Source: an uncultured Acidobacteriota bacterium (GTDB lineage Bacteria > Acidobacteriota > JAQAZP01). Taken from it: a stretch of DNA of 64,000 nt. Shown here in pieces: positions 53,834 through 62,205 of this stretch. The position numbers and the translations under genes were made by a program. Below the pieces are notes generated by a model. It ran no database searches and had not been told where the DNA came from. It saw nothing but the letters and a program-made list of their open reading frames with translations. Within the stretch, counting starts at the first letter, position 1. Each line of letters starts with the position of its first letter. Where the stretch lies: NCBI GenBank assembly GCA_963836075.1, contig CAWIIB010000001.1, positions 1,056,001 through 1,120,000 on the forward strand, given 5' to 3'.

Positions 53834-54058
53834 CTACACCCATCACTCGCGTCTACCATATGGGGGAGCTTACGGAATCTAACACATGAATGGCAAGTTA
53901 GTTTGGCTGTTTACGAGTCAAGCGCTGTGACGTGGGATAGATTTACTGTAGCAATCCCAGGTAATGCTGTTCTTGAAGAAGATATCGAAAGCACATTTAA
54001 GGATTTCATTGATGACTTAATTATTGATTACTTGGCGGCCAATAGGAGTAAAAACTAA
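53834..54058 (+). pseudogene. Start-less 3' end of a hypothetical gene
   Basis: Open frame after TAG 53831 with no ATG: ..SAVTWDRFTV..KDFIDDLIIDYLAANRSKN*. Confidence 0.45.
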
Positions 54059-54066
54059 GTTTATTA

Positions 54067-54270
54067 ATGGAAGATCACATAATAAAAGTCAATGCACATG
54101 GCAATAAGGTATGGTCGAAGATTATTGAAGGTATCGATTATGGTTACGCTGTAAAGGAGACATCCGATGGTGGTTTTATTATCACAGGATTCACCGACAC
54201 AAACAGTCAAGATATGTATCTTCTCAAGCTTGACAGCTTGGGGAATGCGCCCACCATCGCTACTAAGTGA
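54067..54270 (+). pseudogene. 3' remnant (last blade) of a 'TSDGG'-repeat beta-propeller gene
   Basis: GNKVWSK..GYAVKETSDGGFIITG..DMYLLKLDSLGN; such proteins normally have many blades. Confidence 0.6.
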
Positions 54271-54362
54271 TAACAGTTGTATCTCAAAATAACGAATGAA
54301 TAATAATGAGGTTTTGCAGCAGCATTTTTCCAAAATAAATCCCGCAGAATTGGCATGGTTCT

Positions 54363-55856
54363 CTAGTTTTGTGAATCGATGGGGTCTATATAAGTGAACA
54401 GCCAGAAAGGGCCAGGCCATGATTTCGTTTTATTAGAAAAATGTAAGACAACCGATGATGGTTTTGAAGCCGATAGATCAACTACTCCATCATTCAGCCT
54501 ATGCTGGATAGCACAAATATTGTTTTCACCGCGCTTGATATTCCATTGCCGAGAATGACCTCTCTGCGGTGAACACGTGAAGACCCATTGTTCATAGTTA
54601 TCTGGTTCATCTGGATCTGGCCGCGGAGTGTGGGCCCTGAGTAAACGACCAGTAGATTTTTGCTGTATTGTATAATAATCGCCTTCCACTCTGGACACAA
54701 TCCACTTCTGTGAATCATCATCCTTAAGCTCAGACGTGAAAGCTCTAGAGTTTTCAGGATCTACTGCCCGAACATCCTCAATCTCATAAGCATCAAGAAA
54801 TTGTTGATTAAAAACATTTTGGATCCTGTATATCCCAGATTTCAAAGAAGTTCCAGCAACTGCTGGAGGAAAAGGGAATTTCTTGCAATACTCAGCAAAT
54901 GCATTTTCCAGTGTTTTTCTTCTCTCCCCGTTTTCGGTTAATTCCCAAATCGGACGCAGACTATCCTCATTAAAATCAACAAGAACAGGCATTCCTTCAA
55001 TTCCATCGGCCCAGCCTTTGTACGCTTCGTAAGTTTCTAAATCTCTCAACAGTTCCGGGTTGCCACCGACCGCATATAGACTTGTAGTTGTATTCTCATT
55101 TTCAATTATACTTTCAGTTTCACCAGATACTTTTACCCCTACGGATATACATTTGTACTTCGCTTTAACGGCTGTCTTAAACTTGTTTTTTTCTTCGGTT
55201 TGAGTATATGTCGTCGAAGCTCTGTATTCTGCTCTTCCACCCAGAATTGCTGAAAAAATGAAATGCGTTCCATACATTTCGAACAGTTTAAAAGGAACCA
55301 TTTCTTCTAAGTCTTGTTTAAAATTTTCTTCCAACAGTGACTTATAAGCATCTCTTCTTTCATCAAATTGTATAAGCCATTTTTGCGTTACATCACCATA
55401 GGTGTAATAATATTTCTTCCCGGTTTTTTCTTTACCCAGCTCAAAATTTTGTTCTACTGATGCTTTAAAGAAAAAGGCATTCGCCCTTAATCCCACTTTT
55501 ACTGCAAGTTCTTGTGAATATTCCTCACGACTCGATCCTTCGGCCGTAAAGATGTCTTTCTGAGAAAGATTCTTCAGTGCAACATAGTCTGGAACCAAAT
55601 ATCGCTTTGTCCCAATTGGCGTTATGGATGAACCGGTATACTTAAAGAGACAATATGGCTTAAGGCCACCCTGTGTTGCATAATCGCCAAATACATCGTA
55701 TCCATAACCGAGAACATCCAATCCAGGCGCTGGCTCAGCCTCTGGATCAACACCAAAACCGGTTTGCTCAAACACAGTTACCAATGCAGTCTGAGCCGTA
55801 GCAGGCGTAATGAATAAAAGAGACAGAATAAGATAGAATGTGATATGCTGATACAT
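54363..55856 (-). CDS. Secreted MACPF-domain protein with C-terminal ricin-B-like lectin domain
   Basis: Signal peptide, LGYGYD, YGTHFIFSAILGG MACPF signature, LRPIWEL; SQKW / YYTIQQKSTGRLL / RQW beta-trefoil; AT-rich DNA. Confidence 0.85.
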   Translation of the reverse strand: MYQHITFYLILSLLFITPATAQTALVTVFEQTGFGVDPEAEPAPGLDVLGYGYDVFGDYATQGGLKPYCLFKYTGSSITPIGTKRYLVPDYVALKNLSQKDIFTAEGSSREEYSQELAVKVGLRANAFFFKASVEQNFELGKEKTGKKYYYTYGDVTQKWLIQFDERRDAYKSLLEENFKQDLEEMVPFKLFEMYGTHFIFSAILGGRAEYRASTTYTQTEEKNKFKTAVKAKYKCISVGVKVSGETESIIENENTTTSLYAVGGNPELLRDLETYEAYKGWADGIEGMPVLVDFNEDSLRPIWELTENGERRKTLENAFAEYCKKFPFPPAVAGTSLKSGIYRIQNVFNQQFLDAYEIEDVRAVDPENSRAFTSELKDDDSQKWIVSRVEGDYYTIQQKSTGRLLRAHTPRPDPDEPDNYEQWVFTCSPQRGHSRQWNIKRGENNICAIQHRLNDGVVDLSASKPSSVVLHFSNKTKSWPGPFWLFTYIDPIDSQN

Positions 55857-56260
55857 AGTTTTGTCCTTTCACTGTACATATAAACAAGTGAATATAGCCC
55901 AGATAAAGAACATACATAATCTGACATTATGAGTTAATTATGAAATATTGTCAAGAGATATATTGCTGCAGTGATTTAATTAAATGAAGTTATTATTTAA
56001 ATATCAGACGTGAAATGTTGAAATGAAACTCAATAATATTACACTTGTAAGTGGCCTTATGAAAAATATAGATTTATTTAGCATTTGTTGTTGGAACACC
56101 TCAAATTGATGGCAGGCATAGTCATAAGAGGAAACTGGAAGAAAAAGGATCGATTAATAAATTATTTTAAATAGGGCCTTCGCCTCCCGAAAGCGCAGTT
56201 AGAAAAGGTAACAATGATTTACGTGACGGATGATATAGCTTGCGTATGAGCTTCACGCTC

Positions 56261-56506
56261 GGCCTGCACCAGGACTACGACGACTGGCTGGAGAAGCTGG
56301 CCCCCCACGAACCGGTGAGCGGCTACCGCCACAACGTGGGCGAGGACAACGCCGACGCGCACATGAAGCGCCAGATCATGGGCCGTGAGGTGGTGGTGGC
56401 GATCACTGACGGCCAGCTCGACTTCGGCACCTGGGAACGGATCTTCTACGGCGAGTTCGACGGACGGCGGCGGAAGCGGGTGCTGGTGAAGATCATTGGA
56501 GAGTGA
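56261..56506 (+). repeat. yjbQ 3' tail, copy 2 (246 bp)
   Basis: Colinear with 53527-53772; about 17 substitutions by hand count, only one changes an amino acid. Confidence 0.95.
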
Positions 56507-56510
56507 GAGG

Positions 56511-56642
56511 TCAGAACCGTCCACCCTTCAAGGCGGTACCGCGGGTGAGCCCCGGAAACGCCTCAAGCGACAGCCACTTGAATACCTGTGAACCCTCGAG
56601 TTTGTAAACCAGGACCTCGGTGCCGGCGCTCGGACTGGGTCC
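56511..56642 (-). pseudogene. Orphan 43-codon C-terminus of an FG-GAP-type domain
   Basis: GPSPSAGTEVLVYKLEGSQVFKWLSLEAFPGLTRGTALKGGRF*, 23/43 identical to the C-terminus of the 62206 gene. Confidence 0.85.
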
Positions 56643-56654
56643 GCGGTCCCGCGG

Positions 56655-56687
56655 TCAGACCCGGGGCGGCCGCTACCCCGGGTCTGA
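56655..56687 (-). terminator. GC-rich hairpin just after the giant gene
   Basis: TCAGACCCGGGG / CCCCGGGTCTGA 12-bp arms; no T-run. Confidence 0.55.
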
Positions 56688-56697
56688 TGCAGAAGGC

Positions 56698-59600
56698 CTA
56701 CCTCTTGTAGGTTACTCCTCCCGGCTTAAGCACCGGACGTTCGCCGGAGGCAAAAGCGGCAATATCGAGCTGGTCGATCTTGCCGTCCCCGGTGAGGTCG
56801 GCCACGATCAGCTCGGCCAATCCCCTGCGCACAAGTTCCGCATTGGTGATCGCGGTGACCGGGGGATGAACCGGCTCCGGCAGGCCGCAGCACGCCGCGT
56901 CATTGCCCTGCAGGAAGTTGATCTGGATGTAGCTGAACTCGTCCGTGTCCACCAGGCCATCGCCGGTCACGTCGGCATGGAAGGGCGCGGTGCCGCAGTC
57001 GGTATCGGCCGAACCGTAATCCACCAGCCAGTTCATCGAGAAGACACCGAAGTCGAGGATGTCGATCCAGTTGTCGTTGTTGAAGTTGCCCAGCACGAGA
57101 TCGCTGGTGGCCGTGATGAAGTCGGCCACATACTGCGTGCCGAAGATCTCGAACGTCGGGCTCACCATGGTCCGGCGCAGGGAGTGCAGTTCGTCCTGGA
57201 CCGCGACGCAGGAGTAGGCGCCGCAGGGCACCAGGACCGTGGCCGAGGCGGAACCGGCGGTGAATTCGACGACTTCTTCAACGGTGACGCTGCTCGGCCC
57301 GCCGCACTCCCAGAGGGTGATGGTGAGGCAGCGGTCGAACGGACCGGCCTCCACGTCGCCGTCGAAGTCGAGGCTGAGCACCAGCTCGTTCACCGCGTCG
57401 ACGGTGATCGTCTGGACCTGAGCCGGCGAGACATTGCCGCAGGCGTCGGTGGCGGTCCAGGTGATGGTGATCGGCGAGTCGGTCGAATCGTAGGGATCGG
57501 TGAGACTGGCACCGCCATCACTGCGCACCCAGCCGATGACCGGCGCCCCGTCGCAGTTGTCCACCGCTGTGGCCGCCCCCGGATCGACAGCCGCCGAGCA
57601 GAGGCCGGCGTCGGCGTTCACGGTGATGTCGCCGGGAATGGTTAGCACAGGAGCGATGCTATCATCAACCGTGATCGTCTGCACGCACTGGCTGACGTTG
57701 CCGCTGGCATCGGTGGCGGTCCAGGTACGGGTGATCGCCTCCTCCTGCGGGCAGGCGCCGGCGGCAGTCGAATCGGAGTAGTCGACCACCGGCGCCGGAT
57801 CAGTGTCATCCGTCGCCGTGGCCTGTCCGGTGAAGGCCGGGTCGCTGGAAGTGCCGCACTCGATGGTCAGGTCCCCAGGACAGACGATCACCGGGGCAGT
57901 GCTGTCCTCCCACTCCGTGTCACCGAGGCGATAGAAAGCGCCGGCGTCATGCTGGTTGTTGTATTCCGTCCAGATCCATCCCGCACTCCTCGCGACATCC
58001 GAGATCCGCACCTCGTCCATTAGGCCATCAAGACAATTCCTGTCATCAATATCACCAGTGTTCTTCCAGCGGGTCGCCAGACCCATGTTGGACGCGTAAG
58101 TCCCCACGGAACAGTTGCCATTCGCCGTCGTGCAGGTTCTGGTCACGTCCGGGTCGCCATCGACGTAGAACGTCATGTCATCATCGGCAATCGAAACCAC
58201 GATATAGTGCCAGGTGTCGTCACTGATGTAGACCGTGCCAGTCTCCCGTTCGGCGGACCCGGTGTAGTCATGAGTTCGCCCGACCTCGTTGTAGCCATCG
58301 GTGATCCCGAAAGAGAACGGGACACGAGTATCAGTACCGCTTTCTCGACGCAATTCGAGCAGGAGAACGCTCGGATACCACACGTCGGCGGCGAGTTCGC
58401 CATTCTCTTGTGACGTCTTGACCCAGGTCGAGATGGTGTAGTCGTTATTGTTGCCGAGGCCCTGGAACTCTGGATCCACGGTCCCGCTGTCGAAGACGCT
58501 GACGTAGTCGTCAATCCCGTCGAAATCGTCGGCACCGTCGATCGGCCCGACGGCATTCTGGGTCACGCCACCAACCGGCGTTCCATCGTTGGCGTATTGC
58601 GTGGAATCGAGGTGCACTCCGCTCGTCTCGTCCAGGTGATGGACCATGAGGAAGTTGAAGTCCCAGGTTTCGGCGACGTTCTCCTGGTTCTCGGCAACGG
58701 GATTGCCGAAGTAGAGGTATAGCGTCGTGTCGACCGTCGACGGCAGGAAGGGCACCTCCACCCAGGCCACCAGATGTCCGGTCGAGCTGTCATATGTTTC
58801 TATCTCGTGGTCCAGCTTCGTTCCGTCGTAGGTGGTAAAGACCAGGTCGTCTCCATCGCTTTGCGCCGTCGTCCGCAGATCGTCGTCGACGATGTCGACC
58901 AGGATTGGAAAGCTGGTGAGGTCGTCGCCGACCAGGGTGTGATCAATGGTGATCGGTTTGCGGAACGGCCAGGCACCGTCCCACCAGGGGCCTTGGACAG
59001 TGAAGCTGAAGACCTCGGTGGTTTCATGGACACCGTCAGTAGCATAGACCTGCCACTGGTATGTCCCGTAGGTCAGCCCGGAAACGCCGACCTGGTAAGT
59101 TCCGTCGTAGACGCCGCTCGCCGAGTCGGAGCCGATGTCGGGGATCGTCGTGACGCTGTAGTCCATCGGCAAGCCCTCCCAGTCGGTCAGCGTGAAGCTG
59201 AGTTGGGAGAGCAGCGGCGGCACGTCGTTGGCGCCGTCTGCGGGGTCGGGGGCGGAGACGAGTGGAGCGAGTGATTCCTCGCCGCCGATCAGGGTGTATG
59301 GCTCAGGCTCGACATACTGGCGCACTCGGACGTCGTCGAAGTGTACGTCCGTTGCCGAGGAGTAGGCGCGCAGCACAGCCGGCCTCGAACCGGTCAAGGT
59401 CGCGTCCGTGCCGCTGAGCCAGCGATTCGTGCCCCGGTCGTCCACCTCGCCGCTCAGTGACGACCCGGCAGCCCCCAGCCCCAGCGGATACCAGGTATTG
59501 GGCACCCAGTGCGCATTGTTGCCGGCGTCCCAGATATCGACGGTCTGGAAGGTGCCGCCGGCCCTCTCCAGCAGCTCGGCCGCGTCATTCAATCCAACGG

Positions 59601-61196
59601 TATCGCGGATGAGCGTTCCGTACCAGTTGTCCTGGTCCTGGTAACGCAGGCCCACGCCGTGGCGGCTGCCGTTCTCCACGGTGAACTTCAACCTGGCGTC
59701 GATTCTCGCATCGGCCGGCATGTTGGCGTCGGTGACAATGACACTCTCCCAGGGCTCCTCCGTTAGCATATTGCTGCGCAGTTCGCCGTTGACCCCACCG
59801 GTCAGCCCCAGGGCCGCACCGATGTCGGTCTCGATGACAAGCCCGATCTGGCGGGTCTTGGGCCCGATATCGGAACCGCCGTAGTAGACCCACAGTTCAT
59901 CATTCGGGAATGTGTCTTTCTCGATGGTGTGCGTCAGGACCCATGGGGCGTCGGTATCGTCACCATCCCATTCGTCAGGGCCCCCCACCCCGAACGCCTT
60001 GCCGATACGCTCGCGCTGACCGGGGTAAAACGTGGGGCTGCTGTCCCGGTAGAGCTCCTGTTCCGAGAAATCGCTATCCGACCTGTAATGGCCGACGAGA
60101 ATGTAATATTCCCCGTTGTAGGTGAACGGGGCTGTGGTATGTCGCCCATTCACAAAAAGCGGATTGTTCGGATCTTGCGTCCAGTTGACCAAATCGGTGG
60201 AGGTCGCCAGTCCGGTCCGCCTGTCTAAGCCCGATGCAACGTTGTTGTGGAAGGCGTAGTACGTCGAGCCGACCTTCATCACGCCGATGATCTCGAGGTT
60301 CTCGCCAGCTTCCGTCAGAACCGGATTGCTCGGGTCCCTGGTCCAGTTGACCCCGTCGGGCGACGTCGCCAGCCCGGCGGCCCTGTAAGTGCCGCTCCCC
60401 ACGTAGAGCATGTACCAGGTGCCGCCCTCGATCCAGACCGTGGGGCCGATCACTTCAGTGTCATCCCACGCGCCGGGTGAACCCACGTCGAGCACCGCTC
60501 CCACCGGATCATCGACCCAGTTGGTCATGCCGTCCGACGAACGCTTGCGGTGAATGCGAGCCCTGCCGCCGCTGTCATGGCGGTAGGTACAGATAATACG
60601 TGCCGCCATCCAGGACCACGGCCACAGCGTAGCCGTCGGCAGGGAACATCGGGTTGTTCTCGTACTTGTGCCAATCGAGATCGTGATAGATCGACCAGTC
60701 GCCGGAGACCTCGCTCCATTGAATCAGGTCACCGCTGAAGTCGTCGAAGAACGAGAAGGTATCCTGCCCGCTGGCCGCGGCGGCCGCGGCCCCGTTCCCA
60801 TAGGTACATGTAAATGGTCTTGGTTGACGATGCAGGGATACTCGGGTTCTCAACCCAGATCCGGGTGTCCGAGGTGTTGACCCCCGACTCGATCCAGAAG
60901 TCCAGCTCCGTCGCGTTGTCGCTGTCGATGAAGCGGATATCGTCGCCCTGTTCATCCATCTCGCCGTTGGCGATCGGGCTGGCCGTGTCCACCGTGACAA
61001 GGACCACGTAGTTCGTCAGGGCTCCTCCCCCGGCGGTGTTGTCAACCGTAATCACCGCTCGGTGAATCCATGCGTTATCCCACCAAATGGATGGGTCGCC
61101 CGACGCTTCCTGGGGGGGGACGAGCAGCGCGAGGCAAACCACGAGCAAGGGCAGAAAACCAGCACGGCTGACGCGAAGACCATCATGATTGTTCAT
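56698..61196 (-). CDS. Giant secreted modular protein: DUF2341, glycosidase-like 5-bladed propeller, DUF2341/LamG, HYR-like repeats, dockerin/EF-hand-like end (frameshifts near 60590 and 60805)
   Basis: WWDNAW..DIRF..LDFWIE; W.KYENNP, GLATSPDGVNW; GLMDEVRIS..RSAGWI; TRTWTATDASGN; ADVTGDGLVD. Confidence 0.75.
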
Positions 61197-61512
61197 CGTT
61201 CCATCCTTTCCCAAACAGACACCAACCGCGAAACTGGCTCCTCCGGACAGCGGGTAGCAGACGAAATCTCTAAGACCTGACGGCTGAAATTCCGTTCGAG
61301 CAGGGGACCCAGACGAGAAAGAGCTTAATGAACGCAGAACTTAAAGCAATTTACATTGAAAATAAGCAATTTACATTCCATATTTTTCAGCAGAGACCAT
61401 TCAGACCAGTAATTTCCTGAAATGGTTGATTCTAATTCGTTTAGGGCAAAACATAGTCCCGAAAGGATTGCTTGAAGAACCCGAGTAAATGTCATCATTG
61501 GCACCGGATTAC

Positions 61513-61695
61513 TCATTTGGTGGAAGTATTTTCATAAGCTCGCATCTTCGGCCCCCGTCCTTTGACATCCCTGCAGGAAAGATGAAAATGGCAGACGTCG
61601 TTCTCATCGCTCTGGCCGCCCAGACAGTTGTCGCCACCGCAATCCCTGACCTCGTAATGGCTGCCGACACACTCGACTCAGAATGCACGGATTCC
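61513..61695 (-). pseudogene. Degenerate Cys-rich gene fragment
   Basis: [36 protein letters not shown]..; internal TGA at 61678-61680. Confidence 0.35.
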
Positions 61696-61763
61696 TCTTT
61701 GTTTCTCAGGAAGTTGGCCGTTCAGGACGAACAGCAAAGGGCAAGTAAAACTAGATTTTCTCT

Positions 61764-62059
61764 TAAACGCCATGCACATCACCGCCAGCGTTTTCATCAA
61801 CGACGACGAGCACGGCCTGCACCAGGATTACGACGACTGGCTGGAGAAGCTGGCCCCCCACGAACCGGTGAGCCAGTATCGCCACAACGTGGGCGAGGAC
61901 AACGCCGACGCCCACATGAAGCGCCAGATCATGGGCCGCGAGGTGGTGGTGGCGATCACCGATGGCCAGCTGGACTTCGGTACATGGGAGCGGATCTTCT
62001 ACGGCGAGTTCGACGGCAGGCGGCGAAAGCGGGTGCTGGTGAAGATCATTGGGGAGTGA
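61764..62059 (+). repeat. yjbQ 3' tail, copy 3 (296 bp)
   Basis: Colinear with 53477-53772; about 24 substitutions by hand count, 3 amino-acid changes, no indels. Confidence 0.95.
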
Positions 62060-62107
62060 GGTGGGTCATCCTGAAGGGACACCGCTTCTGGGTAGCCGAA
62101 CCGCTGC

Positions 62108-62194
62108 TCACGGCGCGATCCCCGTCACCGTGCACCTGTCCATGTCAGTGTTTCCGGCCGGCGGAAACGGCGGCTGGTTGCAGGGAAACGGCGT
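62108..62194 (-). pseudogene. Orphan 28-codon C-terminus of the 'NQPP' domain
   Basis: TPFPCNQPPFPPAGNTDMDRCTVTGIAP*, 15/28 identical and gap-free with the end of the 5860-6969 protein. Confidence 0.8.
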
Positions 62195-62205
62195 CCTGCA
62201 ACCGC

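Noticed and set aside
56240-56506. yjbQ tails (also 61772-62059) as functional short paralogs
   Set aside because: They lack the N-terminal ~40-57 residues; homology starts abruptly mid-gene with no RBS
53477-62059. yjbQ repeats as DGR template/variable repeats
   Set aside because: Differences sit at third codon positions and are not adenine-specific; no reverse transcriptase in the window
53477-62059. yjbQ repeats as a simple assembly duplication or sequencing noise
   Set aside because: Copies differ by many silent substitutions with no indels, whereas this assembly's errors are indels; a strain chimera still needs a read check
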